A stretch of 64,000 nt of DNA from Escherichia phage vB_EcoM_LNA1: sequence record MZ311863.1. One strand, given 5' to 3'. Below, in pieces: positions 1 to 10,556 of the stretch (its first letter is position 1; every line of letters begins with the position of its first letter). The notes below the pieces were generated by a model. It made no database searches. It had not been told where the DNA came from and was given only the letters and a program-made list of their open reading frames with translations. Both the position numbers and the translations under genes were made by a program.

Positions 1-1602
1 ATGGACTTAAATGCTGTTAAGCAGAAGCGAGTGGAAGATGTTAGGAAAGTCCTAGCTGGAGAGTTGGGGCTTTCTGATGAAGTAAAAGAAATTATCAAAT
101 CATTCGGTAAAGACCCCTCTAAATTCCTTCCAACTCAAATTCTGACTTTATTAAGATACACACCAGACCAAGTTCGCCTTATCTTTAAATTGATGACTGA
201 TAAGAACTATGTAGCCCCTCAGCCGGGTTCTCAAGAGGTCTTTTTAAACACTAATGCTGACTTGGTTCTCTATGGTGGTGCTGCTGGTGCTGGTAAGACT
301 GCCGCATTGTTAATGGACTCTTTAAGATTTATTGAAGACCCTAACTATAATGCTGTATATTTCCGTCGAAATACAACACAGTTACAAGGTGGTTTATGGC
401 CTGCTGCAAAGAAACTATTTGGTAAGTTTGGTGGGATTCCTCACGAGCAGAAAATGACTATCACATTCCCTTCTGGGGCGACTATCAAGTTTACCTACCT
501 AGAACTTGAAAAGCACGCTGAAGGTCATCAGGGTATTGAATACTCAGCTATTTACTTTGACGAAGGTACACACTTCTCTGCTTCACAGATTTCATACCTA
601 CAAACCCGTCTACGTTCTGGTGCTGAAGGTGATTCATACATGAAGATTTCCATGAACCCAGACAGAGACCACTTTATTTATGATTGGGTGGAGCCATTCT
701 TAGATGAAGAAGGTTATCCAGACCCTGAGAAGTGTGGTCGTATTCGTTGGTATGTTATGAATGATGGTGTGATGGTTTCTGATTGGGAAAGAGACAAGAT
801 TCTGGAAATGTTCCCTCTTGAGATTCCTCAGACATACACCTTCATCTCTGGTACGATTGATGATAACCCAATTCTTGACTTCTTAGAACCTAAATATCGT
901 GGTAAGTTGGAAAACAACACGCCTGTAAACGTTGCAAGACTTCGTTTTGGTAACTGGAAGGCTCGTGCAGAAGGTTCAAACTATTGGCAAAGACAATGGT
1001 GTGAAATTGTTGATTCACTCCCAGAGGATGTGTTTGATGTCAGAGCATGGGACTTAGCAGCAACTTTACCATCTGAAATTAACCCTAACCCAGACTGGAC
1101 AGCGGGTGTTAAGATGGGTAAATCTAAAAAAGACGGTTGCTATTATATCATTGATGTAGTAAGATTTAGAGATAGACCCTCTGGAGTCGAAACACAAATT
1201 AATTTGACTGCTGAAAGTGACGGTAAGCGAACTGGTATTTTTATCCCTCAAGACCCAGGCGCTGCTGGTAAATCCTATGCAACATCCCTCATCAGGAAAC
1301 TTGCCGAGAAAGGTTATCGCGCAAGAGCTAAACCAACAAATAAAGATAAAGTTACCCGCTTTGCGGGATTTTCTGCTGCTTCTGAAGCTGGACTTGTAAA
1401 AGTCTTGAGAGGCAGTTGGAACGAAGCTTACTTTCAAGAACTTGAAGGCTTTTGTGGTGATGGCAAAACTAAAGATGACCAAGTGGATGCTACCAGTGAT
1501 GCTTTCAACAGTCTTAACGAAGTTAAATTATTCAAGCCACCATCAATGGGTGCTCACACAGACTTAGTGAGAGGAAATCCATATGAGGGGCTTAGACGTT
1601 GA
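1..1602 (+). CDS. terL: terminase large subunit
   Basis: 533-aa ORF with Walker A-like LVLYGGAAGAGKT near N-terminus; first gene of the head module; may be 5'-truncated by window edge. Confidence 0.8.
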   Translation: MDLNAVKQKRVEDVRKVLAGELGLSDEVKEIIKSFGKDPSKFLPTQILTLLRYTPDQVRLIFKLMTDKNYVAPQPGSQEVFLNTNADLVLYGGAAGAGKTAALLMDSLRFIEDPNYNAVYFRRNTTQLQGGLWPAAKKLFGKFGGIPHEQKMTITFPSGATIKFTYLELEKHAEGHQGIEYSAIYFDEGTHFSASQISYLQTRLRSGAEGDSYMKISMNPDRDHFIYDWVEPFLDEEGYPDPEKCGRIRWYVMNDGVMVSDWERDKILEMFPLEIPQTYTFISGTIDDNPILDFLEPKYRGKLENNTPVNVARLRFGNWKARAEGSNYWQRQWCEIVDSLPEDVFDVRAWDLAATLPSEINPNPDWTAGVKMGKSKKDGCYYIIDVVRFRDRPSGVETQINLTAESDGKRTGIFIPQDPGAAGKSYATSLIRKLAEKGYRARAKPTNKDKVTRFAGFSAASEAGLVKVLRGSWNEAYFQELEGFCGDGKTKDDQVDATSDAFNSLNEVKLFKPPSMGAHTDLVRGNPYEGLRR

Positions 1603-1609
1603 TAGCTAG

Positions 1610-3085
1610 GTGAGAAGAATGGCAGATATTACAGAAACACAAGAAAGCTTACCACCATTTAGAATGGGTGAAGTAGGTTCTTTGGGTCTGAAGGTTAAGA
1701 ATGGAAGAATCTATGAAGAACCTCGTCAGGCACTAAGGTTCCCCGAAAGTATTAAAACTTTCCAATTAATGATGCGTGACCCTGCTGTAGCAGCATCTGT
1801 AAATATTATTAAGATGTTTGTCAGAAAAGTCAACTGGAGATTCGTACCTCCAAAGGGAAAAGAGCAAGACCCTAAAATGCTTGAAAGAGCAGACTTCTTT
1901 AATTCTTTAATGGATGACATGGAGCATGATTGGGCAGATTTTATTAACTCTGTAATGTCATTCTGCACTTATGGGTTCTGTGTTAATGAAAAGGTTTATA
2001 AGAAACGTCAGGGTAAGAAAGGAAAGTACCAGTCAAAATTTGATGATGGTCTGATTGGATGGGCTAAGTTACCAATCAGAAACCAATCAACGCTTGATAA
2101 GTGGTATTTTGACGAAGACTTTAGAAAAGTTACAGGTGTTAGGCAGAATCTGAGAAATGTTTCACATATTGCTGGAGCAATTAATCTTGGAGAAAGACCG
2201 CTAACAAGAAAACTGCCACGAGCTAAATTCATGCTGTTTAAGTATGATGATGAATATGGAAACCCAGAAGGTCGTTCACCATTACTTAATGCCTATGTAC
2301 CGTGGAAGTATAAAGTCCAGATTGAAGAGTACGAAGCTGTTGGTGTTTCAAGAGACTTGGTAGGTATGCCAAAGATTGGTTTACCACCAGATTATCTGGA
2401 TGAAAATGCAGAACCTGAAAAGAAAGCTTTCGTACAATACTGCAAAACTGTTGTTAATGATATGATTGCTAATGACAGAGCAGGTTTAATCTGGCCTAGA
2501 TATATCGACCCAGATACTAAAGAGGATATTTTTGAGTTCTCATTAGTTTCTAGACAGGGTGCTAAAGCATACGATACAGGTTCTATTATTGACAGATATT
2601 CCAAGCAGATTATGATGGCATTTATGTCAGATGTTCTTGCTATGGGTCAGTCAAAATATGGTTCATTCTCTCTTGCAGATTCTAAGACAAGCTTACTAGC
2701 AATGTCAGTAGATATTCTGCTGAAGCAAATTAAGAACGTAATTAACCGTGATTTAGTTGCACAGACTTATGCTCTTAATATGTGGGATGATGAAGAACAT
2801 GTACAAATCACATATGATGATATCGAAACCCCAGACCTTGAAGTAATTGGTTCTTATATTCAGAAGACTGTTGCAGTAGGTGCTTTGGAAGTTGACAAAG
2901 AGCTATCTAACAAGCTTAGAGAGCATATTGGTCTTCCTCCTGCTAATGAGTCTCAGCCAGTATCTGAAAAGCTTTCTCCAAATAGCCAAAGCCGTTCAGG
3001 AGATGGTTATAAGACCGCTGGAGAAGGTACTGCAAAGACACCTTCAGCGAAAGACCCAAGCACAGCAAATAAGGCAAATAAATAA
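1610..3085 (+). CDS. portal protein (putative)
   Basis: 491-aa ORF directly after TerL, before protease/capsid genes; call by size and synteny only. Confidence 0.6.
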   Translation: MRRMADITETQESLPPFRMGEVGSLGLKVKNGRIYEEPRQALRFPESIKTFQLMMRDPAVAASVNIIKMFVRKVNWRFVPPKGKEQDPKMLERADFFNSLMDDMEHDWADFINSVMSFCTYGFCVNEKVYKKRQGKKGKYQSKFDDGLIGWAKLPIRNQSTLDKWYFDEDFRKVTGVRQNLRNVSHIAGAINLGERPLTRKLPRAKFMLFKYDDEYGNPEGRSPLLNAYVPWKYKVQIEEYEAVGVSRDLVGMPKIGLPPDYLDENAEPEKKAFVQYCKTVVNDMIANDRAGLIWPRYIDPDTKEDIFEFSLVSRQGAKAYDTGSIIDRYSKQIMMAFMSDVLAMGQSKYGSFSLADSKTSLLAMSVDILLKQIKNVINRDLVAQTYALNMWDDEEHVQITYDDIETPDLEVIGSYIQKTVAVGALEVDKELSNKLREHIGLPPANESQPVSEKLSPNSQSRSGDGYKTAGEGTAKTPSAKDPSTANKANK

Positions 3086-3585
3086 TGGCTGAAGTTATCT
3101 CTATTTCAAATGCTACACGAGTGCATTCGTATAGAGGTGTTCTTATTATCACTGACAAATTATCTGTAGAGGCTGGCTCAAGGGTTAGCCTTTCAGGTTA
3201 TGTAAGTGATGGTGGAGCCTCTGACGTTTTCACTATTTGCAGGTTACTTGATGCTCCAATGAGTGGAAAACCGTTTATTTCAGGAAATTGTAGTGAAATT
3301 GTTAAAATTCCATTTGACAGTTCATGCCTTTTGGGTGTAAAGTTATATAACTGCGAGAATAAACGTATCAATGTTAATAGCATTGAAGCCGCTTTCATTA
3401 CCCTCGACACTGCATTTCAATCTCCAATGACAGTTAATAAAGAAACAAACAGACTTGAATACATTTTTTCACAAAATGATTACAAAGTACTTGTCAAAGG
3501 CAAAGTTTATGATATGATTGTAAATGTGGTAGATGAATCTGGTAACCATTCAACAGTCCTTAAACAAAAAGTAAGGTTTAATTAA
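3085..3585 (+). CDS. hypothetical head-module protein
   Basis: 166-aa ORF, start overlaps portal stop (ATGA coupling). Confidence 0.3.
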   Translation: MAEVISISNATRVHSYRGVLIITDKLSVEAGSRVSLSGYVSDGGASDVFTICRLLDAPMSGKPFISGNCSEIVKIPFDSSCLLGVKLYNCENKRINVNSIEAAFITLDTAFQSPMTVNKETNRLEYIFSQNDYKVLVKGKVYDMIVNVVDESGNHSTVLKQKVRFN

Positions 3586-3917
3586 TGGGAACATTAACTA
3601 TTGATGGTAAGAATAAAATCCTCGCCACGCTAACCCCAACGACTATTATTTTACACAATGTAGACCCAACGGCAGACCCTACAGCAAATAAGGTTACTCA
3701 GCCAGTGGCTATTTATTTTTCTGAACCGGATAATGGCTTAATTGCCTCAGAAGACACAGTTAATATTACTGTCCCAGCTTCTGCAACGGTCTCACACTAT
3801 AGCTTGTGGGATGCTAACGATAAATGCGTGGCAACTGGTGCTCTTAGCAAACCTCAATTCTTTGCTGAAGAAGGTATCTATGTTATCTCTTCAGTCTCTG
3901 TAGATTTAAACAAATAG
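3585..3917 (+). CDS. hypothetical head-module protein
   Basis: 110-aa ORF translationally coupled to upstream gene. Confidence 0.3.
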   Translation: MGTLTIDGKNKILATLTPTTIILHNVDPTADPTANKVTQPVAIYFSEPDNGLIASEDTVNITVPASATVSHYSLWDANDKCVATGALSKPQFFAEEGIYVISSVSVDLNK

Positions 3918-3928
3918 GGTGAGTAAAA

Positions 3929-5275
3929 ATGAGTTCGAATATCTTCAGACTTGCTGATAGATTATTCAACCAACCTTTGCTAGCCACTGAATCATTAGCT
4001 CACTCAGCAGCAACTTATGTGAATAACAGATTGCTGGGTGATGTCCAAGCAGCAGTAAACTTTGATAAACCCAAAGGTGAAGCAAGAAGTCTTTTAAAAG
4101 TGAAAGATGACATTGCTATTATCCCTATTATGGGTGGTTTAACCCATCGCATGACATTCATTGATGCCATGTGTACAGGTGGATTAAGCTCTTATGAAGG
4201 TTTGCGTAGAGGCTTTGACGAAGCTTTAGCAGATGAGTCAATCAAGACTATTGTTCTGCACATCGATTCTGGTGGTGGTGAAGCTTCAGGTTGCTTTGAA
4301 TTAGCACGTCACATTATGGCTTCAAGAGGCCAAAAGAAAATTATTGCTTATGTAGATGAGTTCGCTTGTTCCGCTGCATACGCTCTTGCATCTTCTGCTG
4401 AAGAAATTATTGCATCACCAGATGCAGATGTTGGTTCTATTGGTGTAATTATGGTTCATCAGGAATTAACTAAAGCATTTGAAAAGAATGGCGTGACAAT
4501 TAACGTCATCAAAGCTGGTGAGTTTAAAGGTATGGGTTCACCATTCCAAGCACTCTCAGAAGAAAGCAAAGAAAGACTTCAAAAGAGAATTAATGATACC
4601 TACGCAACCTTTACAGGTTTTGTAGCCGAATCTCGTAATCTCTCTGAAGAAGCTGTAAAGAATACTGAGGCGAATGTTTATTCTGCTCAGGAAGCTCTTG
4701 AACTTGGTTTAATTAACTCAATCATGTCTCAAGATGATTTCTTAAATTACTTACAAGGTTCTGAAGAGGCTCCTGTAAGTTTAAACGTTAACAATTCAGG
4801 TGAAGAAATGACTGAACAAGAAAAGCAAGAACTAGAAGCTTTGCGTCTTCAGGTTGCTCAAATGAAAGCTAAAGAACAGGAAGCTGCTTTGTCAGATTTG
4901 ACTAATAAGATTTCTGCTTCTGCTGAAGCTTTTGGATTTGATGCAAAAGAAGCTGCAACGACTATTTTAGGTGCTGGTCTTGATAACCCTCTGAGTGTTC
5001 TGTTTATGAATGCTCTGGAAGGTGCTAACCAGAAACTTAATGAAACTATCGCGTCCCATGCTTCTGCAATGGAAGAAAAAGAATCAGAAATTACCAAGCT
5101 GAAAGAAACTGCTGGTGCTGTTCTTGAACATTCCAACGCTATGGAAGAAATGGGTAATGACGGCGAAGCTGATTTGGTTGAAGAAGAAAAAGAACCAGCT
5201 AAGAATGCTTCCGAAGACACCGCTGAACAACGCAAACTGGCTCTCCAGAATGCTCTAAAATCTCTTATCAAATAA
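3929..5275 (+). CDS. prohead protease (S49/ClpP-like) with C-terminal scaffold-like coiled-coil domain
   Basis: N-terminal two thirds resemble S49/SppA-ClpP fold proteases (IDSGGGE, GSIGVIMVHQ); C-terminal third is Ala/Glu/Lys-rich coiled coil; lambda C/Nu3-like position. Confidence 0.65.
   Translation: MSSNIFRLADRLFNQPLLATESLAHSAATYVNNRLLGDVQAAVNFDKPKGEARSLLKVKDDIAIIPIMGGLTHRMTFIDAMCTGGLSSYEGLRRGFDEALADESIKTIVLHIDSGGGEASGCFELARHIMASRGQKKIIAYVDEFACSAAYALASSAEEIIASPDADVGSIGVIMVHQELTKAFEKNGVTINVIKAGEFKGMGSPFQALSEESKERLQKRINDTYATFTGFVAESRNLSEEAVKNTEANVYSAQEALELGLINSIMSQDDFLNYLQGSEEAPVSLNVNNSGEEMTEQEKQELEALRLQVAQMKAKEQEAALSDLTNKISASAEAFGFDAKEAATTILGAGLDNPLSVLFMNALEGANQKLNETIASHASAMEEKESEITKLKETAGAVLEHSNAMEEMGNDGEADLVEEEKEPAKNASEDTAEQRKLALQNALKSLIK
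4808..5275 (+). CDS. possible nested in-frame scaffold protein (Nu3-like internal start)
   Basis: In-frame ATG at 4808 preceded by AGGTGA Shine-Dalgarno 5 nt upstream; downstream region is coiled-coil scaffold-like. Confidence 0.3.
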   Translation: MTEQEKQELEALRLQVAQMKAKEQEAALSDLTNKISASAEAFGFDAKEAATTILGAGLDNPLSVLFMNALEGANQKLNETIASHASAMEEKESEITKLKETAGAVLEHSNAMEEMGNDGEADLVEEEKEPAKNASEDTAEQRKLALQNALKSLIK

Positions 5276-5286
5276 GGAACACAATA

Positions 5287-5664
5287 ATGGCATATCAAGG
5301 TTTTACTAAGTTAGGTAAAAGAGAACCTCTGAATGATATCATTCTTTGGGAACAGGTTACCCCAACAGGCCACTCTCGTAAAGAGTACACTCCGGTTGCT
5401 TCAACAGAATACCGTGTAGGTGAAGTTCTGAAAGCAGACGGTACTAAAGTTACAGCAGGACAAGAAGCTCAGGCTGATTCTGTATGTATCGTTAACTTTT
5501 ATGCAGACTCACAACTGTCTTATCACGGTCAGTTGAAAGTGGTAGGTATTTACCGCGACGCAGAACTGAAAGACATGCTTACTCTTGAGTCTGGTGTTAA
5601 TGCCGAGAACGTCAAGAAAGCTCTGGCTGCTAAAGGTATTGATTTCGTACCAACTGGCCTGTAA
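5287..5664 (+). CDS. head decoration-like protein (putative)
   Basis: 125-aa ORF between protease/scaffold and major capsid gene, as lambda gpD. Confidence 0.4.
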   Translation: MAYQGFTKLGKREPLNDIILWEQVTPTGHSRKEYTPVASTEYRVGEVLKADGTKVTAGQEAQADSVCIVNFYADSQLSYHGQLKVVGIYRDAELKDMLTLESGVNAENVKKALAAKGIDFVPTGL

Positions 5665-5697
5665 TAACAATAATAAGACATTCTGGAGAATTTTACA

Positions 5698-6804
5698 ATG
5701 TTGACTAATTCTGAAAAAAGCAGATTTTTCCTTGCTGACCTGACTGGTGAAGTCCAGTCTATCCCAAATACTTATGGGTATATTTCCAACTTAGGTCTGT
5801 TCCGTTCAGCACCAATCACCCAAACTACTTTCCTGATGGACTTGACTGATTGGGATGTTAGCTTGCTTGATGCGGTAGACCGTGATAGCCGTAAAGCAGA
5901 GACTAGCGCACCTGAGCGTGTTCGTCAAATCAGCTTCCCAATGATGTACTTCAAAGAAGTTGAAAGCATTACTCCTGATGAGATTCAGGGTGTACGTCAG
6001 CCAGGAACTGCAAACGAACTGACTACTGAAGCTGTAGTACGTGCTAAGAAGCTGATGAAGATTCGTACCAAGTTCGATATTACTCGTGAGTTCCTGTTTA
6101 TGCAAGCTCTGAAGGGTAAAGTTGTTGATGCTCGCGGTACTCTGTACGCTGACCTGTACAAGCAGTTCGACGTTGAGAAGAAGACTATTTACTTCGACCT
6201 TGACAACCCTAATGCTGACATCGACGCTTCTATCGAAGAACTGCGTATGCACATGGAAGACGAAGCTAAGACTGGCACTGTAATCAACGGTGAAGAAATT
6301 CACGTAGTTGTTGACCGTGTATTCTTCAGCAAACTGACCAAGCATCCTAAGATTCGTGACGCTTATCTTGCACAGCAGACTCCACTGGCTTGGCAACAGA
6401 TTACTGGTTCTCTGAGAACTGGTGGTACTGACGGCGTTCAGGCTCACATGAACACTTTCTACTACGGTGGTGTTAAGTTTGTCCAGTACAACGGTAAGTT
6501 CAAAGACAAGCGTGGTAAGGTTCATACTCTGGTGAGTATTGATAGTGTAGCAGCAACTGTTGGTGTAGGACATGCTTTCCCTAACGTTTCTATGCTGGGT
6601 GAAGCAAACAACATCTTCGAAGTGGCATATGGCCCATGTCCTAAGATGGGTTATGCGAATACACTTGGTCAGGAACTATACGTATTCGAATACGAAAAAG
6701 ACCGTGACGAAGGTATCGACTTTGAAGCTCACTCTTACATGCTGCCATACTGTACTCGTCCTCAGTTGCTGGTAGATGTTCGTTCTGACGCTAAACCAAA
6801 CTAA
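5698..6804 (+). CDS. major capsid protein (putative)
   Basis: 368-aa ORF after protease and decoration genes; codon usage typical of highly expressed genes (ctg, cgt, gct, aaa rich); strong SD. Confidence 0.65.
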   Translation: MLTNSEKSRFFLADLTGEVQSIPNTYGYISNLGLFRSAPITQTTFLMDLTDWDVSLLDAVDRDSRKAETSAPERVRQISFPMMYFKEVESITPDEIQGVRQPGTANELTTEAVVRAKKLMKIRTKFDITREFLFMQALKGKVVDARGTLYADLYKQFDVEKKTIYFDLDNPNADIDASIEELRMHMEDEAKTGTVINGEEIHVVVDRVFFSKLTKHPKIRDAYLAQQTPLAWQQITGSLRTGGTDGVQAHMNTFYYGGVKFVQYNGKFKDKRGKVHTLVSIDSVAATVGVGHAFPNVSMLGEANNIFEVAYGPCPKMGYANTLGQELYVFEYEKDRDEGIDFEAHSYMLPYCTRPQLLVDVRSDAKPN

Positions 6805-6825
6805 TATTCTTAAGGAGGGTTATGA

Positions 6826-7275
6826 ATGTGTTATACAGGCGACCCAGCCAATAACCCTCTTGATAGAGTAAGAATCCTCTGCACAGACACTAATAATGAT
6901 GAAATTCTTATTGAGCAGTCTGTGCTAGAGTGGTTCTATCTAGAGTCTGGAAAGGATGAAAAGAAAGCAGCCATCAAAGCTCTTAAATATTTACTCTTTC
7001 AGGTAGCCAAGATGGGGGATGAGAAGGTTGGTGGTGTTTATTTACGTAACTCTTCCAGATTCAAGTCTCTGAAAGCTGTTTATGACGACCTTGTTAAAAG
7101 CTCTGTTTCAGGACTACCCTATGCAGGTGGTATTAATCAGTGTGATATTGACATGCGTCGTCAGAATCCTTGCTCTGTCAAGAAATACACAGAATATGGT
7201 GATGCTGCCAGATACGAAGGCAGAGATTACTGCAACCGTGTTAATGGCGTATTTATTATCGAGCGAGATGAATAA
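6826..7275 (+). CDS. hypothetical head-tail joining protein
   Basis: 149-aa ORF with strong SD (AAGGAGGG) in head-tail connector region. Confidence 0.3.
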   Translation: MCYTGDPANNPLDRVRILCTDTNNDEILIEQSVLEWFYLESGKDEKKAAIKALKYLLFQVAKMGDEKVGGVYLRNSSRFKSLKAVYDDLVKSSVSGLPYAGGINQCDIDMRRQNPCSVKKYTEYGDAARYEGRDYCNRVNGVFIIERDE

Positions 7276-7757
7276 TGGTTAAAAGGGTTATTCACCCCGC
7301 TAGAGCAAAATTAGTCGGGGCTATGAAGAACTTGCAAACGGCTAATGCTCAAGTTGGGTATTTTCAAGAACAAGGTCAACATAGCTCTGGTTTTTCTTAT
7401 CCTGCTTTAATGTATTTGCAAGAAGTTATTGGGGTTCCTTCAGCTTCTGGTAAAGTATATCGTAGGTTGTTTGAAATCACTATGATGCTAAACAAACAGA
7501 CCTTGTTAGAGCAGACTAAGAAGAATCTATATAAGCAACTTAGCAGTCTCAACACAGACCCTTCAAATACCTTAGAAGCATTTGCAAAGAATGCTCAAAA
7601 GGCAATTAAAAGAGGTTTTGGTAACTCTGCTATCCTCCCTCCTAACGCACCTTCCACAGTCAAGAAAAAAGGCTTTAACGCACCTCTTGTTGAGACAGGT
7701 GACTTAAGAGATAACCTTGCTTATAAAATTTCTACTAAGAAGGGTATTAAGAAATGA
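7275..7757 (+). CDS. hypothetical structural protein
   Basis: 160-aa ORF, coupled starts. Confidence 0.3.
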   Translation: MVKRVIHPARAKLVGAMKNLQTANAQVGYFQEQGQHSSGFSYPALMYLQEVIGVPSASGKVYRRLFEITMMLNKQTLLEQTKKNLYKQLSSLNTDPSNTLEAFAKNAQKAIKRGFGNSAILPPNAPSTVKKKGFNAPLVETGDLRDNLAYKISTKKGIKK

Positions 7758-8155
7758 GACTCTTAAACAGACACAGCTTTGTAGTAAAGCGTAAAGTCTC
7801 TGAAGACGGTTATTATAATGATGATGGTGATTGGGTAGCTTCACAAGATATTGTAGAGGTTAACTGTAAAGGTAATATCCAGCCATATATCAAAGGTTCT
7901 GTAAAGAATGGTACACAGATTGCTTTACCGGAAGGTATCAGGCTTACCGATACAAGAATCCTGTATACCACATATAAACTTAGAACTTCAGATGATGTAG
8001 AGTGGAATGAGTCTGATATTGTTATGATTGATGGTCATGAGTATGAAGTATTTATGACTATGGATTGGTCACAGCAATTAGCCCATACGTCCCATTATGA
8101 ATATATCATTATTAGAAGGGATAAAATGAATGCAGTTAGAAACAGCAGAACTTGA
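7754..8155 (+). CDS. hypothetical structural protein
   Basis: 133-aa ORF overlapping neighbours by 4 nt. Confidence 0.3.
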   Translation: MRLLNRHSFVVKRKVSEDGYYNDDGDWVASQDIVEVNCKGNIQPYIKGSVKNGTQIALPEGIRLTDTRILYTTYKLRTSDDVEWNESDIVMIDGHEYEVFMTMDWSQQLAHTSHYEYIIIRRDKMNAVRNSRT

Positions 8156-8729
8156 AAAAGGTCTAGTTAGAACCTTAGTGGATGTTATTGGTCACAGACT
8201 GGCTCGTGATAAAAATAATAGACCAAATGTAATTAGAGCTTACCCTTCTGATAACTCAAATGACAAAGGTTTAAAACCTGACCAGCCATTTATTACCGTA
8301 TACTGTCAAGATGCTGCAACACCTTATGGTTGGGTTCTTGATAAGTTTGTTGAGGATGATGTAGTTTGCTACAGAATTGCTTTTCAGATTCCAGTATTAA
8401 TTACGGTAAATGGTAAAGGTGCTCACAGTATTATGCTTGAGCTTAAACAACGATTAGAGATGAGTTCAGTCAGAGATTTAATCCTTGAAGAAACAGGAGC
8501 TACAGTATTAGACACTGGAGCTATCCCGAATGACTATACTTATCTCAATACAGATTTCGAAAATTCTGCACCTCTTGTTGTAACTCTTATAAAAAACTCA
8601 GTCCTGAAAGATGAACGTGGAAGTATTATTGAGCGTGTCATTGTTGATGGTGAGTTGGTTTATGAAGAAGGACAAGAGCCACCAGAATATACTATCCATC
8701 TAGATGTAGACTCCAAAGGGGTAAAATAA
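8130..8729 (+). CDS. hypothetical structural protein (tail completion?)
   Basis: 199-aa ORF preceding sheath-like gene. Confidence 0.3.
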   Translation: MQLETAELEKGLVRTLVDVIGHRLARDKNNRPNVIRAYPSDNSNDKGLKPDQPFITVYCQDAATPYGWVLDKFVEDDVVCYRIAFQIPVLITVNGKGAHSIMLELKQRLEMSSVRDLILEETGATVLDTGAIPNDYTYLNTDFENSAPLVVTLIKNSVLKDERGSIIERVIVDGELVYEEGQEPPEYTIHLDVDSKGVK

Positions 8730-10082
8730 ATGTGGAATCCAATTGTTAATGTAGATATTACATTGAACACCGCAGGAACTACAAGAGAAGGTTTTGGTTT
8801 GCCACTATTCTTAGCTTCAACAGATAACTTTGAAGAAAGAGTGCGTGGTTACACTTCCTTAACTGAAGTTGCTGAAGATTTCGATGAGAATACTGCTGCA
8901 TATAAGGCTGCTAAACAACTTTGGAGTCAGACTCCTAAAGTAACTCAGCTTTATATTGGTAGACGTGCTATGCAGTACACTGTATCAATTCCTAATGCTG
9001 TTGCTGAAAGTACAGACTACTCAATTACTGTAGCTGTTGGTGGTGGAGTCTCTCAACCATTCCAGTACACAGCACAAGATTCAGACACTGCTGAGGTAGT
9101 GTTGCAACAGTTTAAAACACAGATTGAAGCTGACCCAACAATCAAAGATAAGGTTTCTGTGAATGTAACTGGTAGCAATGGCTCTGTCACAATGATTATT
9201 ACCAAAGCTGGTGATAATGACTTTGTGAAAGTAACAACCACAGCACAGACTGTATATATTGCAAGTACAACTGCTGATACAGCAGCAACTGCTCTGGCAG
9301 CTATCGAAGCTTACTCTACTGACTGGTATTTCATTGCAGCAGAAGACAGAACTCAACAGTTTGTCTTAGCAATGGCTTCTGAGATTCAGGCTCGTAAGAA
9401 AATCTTCTTTACGGCTAACTCCGATGTAACAGCCCTACAAGGTACAGAATTAGCCAGTGCAAATGATGTTCCAGCACAGCTTGCTAAGAATATGTACACT
9501 CGTACAGTTTGCTTGTGGCATCACGCAGCAGCAGAAGATTATCCAGAGATGGCATACATTGCTTATGGTGCTCCATATGATGCAGGCTCAATTGCTTGGG
9601 GTAATGCTCAGCTAACTGGCGTAGCAGCTTCTCTACAACCATCTAATCAGAGACCTCTGACAAGTATTCAGAAGTCTGCTTTAGATGTACGTCACTGTAA
9701 CTTTATTGACCTTGATGGTGGTGTTCCAGTGGTTCGTAGAGGGATTACTTCTGGTGGGGAATGGATTGATATCGTCCGTGGCGTTGACTGGTTAGAATCA
9801 GACCTGAAAACTTCTCTGAGGGACTTGCTAATTAACCAGAAGGGTGGTAAGATTACTTATGATGATACTGGTATTACCCGTATTCGTCAAGTCATTGAAA
9901 CCTCTCTACAAAGAGCAGTCAACAGAAACTTCCTGTCATCTTACACAGTTAATGTTCCTAAAACCTCTCAAGTTGCTTTGGCAGACAAGAAAGCTCGTAT
10001 CCTGAAAGATGTTACCTTCGCAGGTATCTTAGCAGGGGCTATCTTGGATGTTGACTTGAAAGGTACAGTGGCTTACGAATAA
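8730..10082 (+). CDS. tail sheath protein (putative)
   Basis: 450-aa ORF immediately upstream of tube-like gene, chaperones and tape measure; synteny-based. Confidence 0.45.
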   Translation: MWNPIVNVDITLNTAGTTREGFGLPLFLASTDNFEERVRGYTSLTEVAEDFDENTAAYKAAKQLWSQTPKVTQLYIGRRAMQYTVSIPNAVAESTDYSITVAVGGGVSQPFQYTAQDSDTAEVVLQQFKTQIEADPTIKDKVSVNVTGSNGSVTMIITKAGDNDFVKVTTTAQTVYIASTTADTAATALAAIEAYSTDWYFIAAEDRTQQFVLAMASEIQARKKIFFTANSDVTALQGTELASANDVPAQLAKNMYTRTVCLWHHAAAEDYPEMAYIAYGAPYDAGSIAWGNAQLTGVAASLQPSNQRPLTSIQKSALDVRHCNFIDLDGGVPVVRRGITSGGEWIDIVRGVDWLESDLKTSLRDLLINQKGGKITYDDTGITRIRQVIETSLQRAVNRNFLSSYTVNVPKTSQVALADKKARILKDVTFAGILAGAILDVDLKGTVAYE

Positions 10083-10097
10083 TAGAGGTAAATTGGA

Positions 10098-10544
10098 ATG
10101 GCTATGTATCAGCAATATTCCCCTAAAGACGTTGTATGTAGCTGGAATGGTATTGCCATTGAAGGCTTTGCCCCAGATTCATTCTTGCGTCTACAGAGAA
10201 CATCACCGCTTGTGACACCAGTTGTTGGTGCAGGTGGTCAGGTTGCTCTGACAAGAAATGCAGACAAGACAGGTACTATTGAGATTGAGTTAATGCAGAC
10301 TTCTCTCTCTAACCAGATGCTTTCTGCAATTCAAGCTAAACAAGACAATATGGAACTTGAAGAAGATATCTCTTCTAACTTCGTAATCTACGACCCATCA
10401 GGCTCTGTTCTGGCAACTGGTATTAATGCTTGGTTGCAGGAGTTACCACAGATTGAACTTGGTCGTGACCAGAACTCTAAAACTTGGATTTTTGGTTGTG
10501 AGAAGCTAGAATACACTTCTACAATTCCAGCGTCAAGTGTTTAA
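10098..10544 (+). CDS. tail tube protein (putative)
   Basis: 148-aa ORF between sheath-like gene and chaperone pair; followed by strong terminator. Confidence 0.45.
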   Translation: MAMYQQYSPKDVVCSWNGIAIEGFAPDSFLRLQRTSPLVTPVVGAGGQVALTRNADKTGTIEIELMQTSLSNQMLSAIQAKQDNMELEEDISSNFVIYDPSGSVLATGINAWLQELPQIELGRDQNSKTWIFGCEKLEYTSTIPASSV

Positions 10545-10556
10545 TAAATCCTATAA

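Noticed and set aside
1066-1482. Antisense and embedded ORFs from the six-frame track (e.g. 1066..1482 -, 5806..6573 -, 18207..18734 -, 22534..22815 +, 33926..34375 -, 54654..55184 -, 58812..59156 -)
   Set aside because: Each lies wholly inside a longer, better-supported CDS on the other strand or frame, has low-complexity or atypical composition and no ribosome-binding site; treated as spurious.
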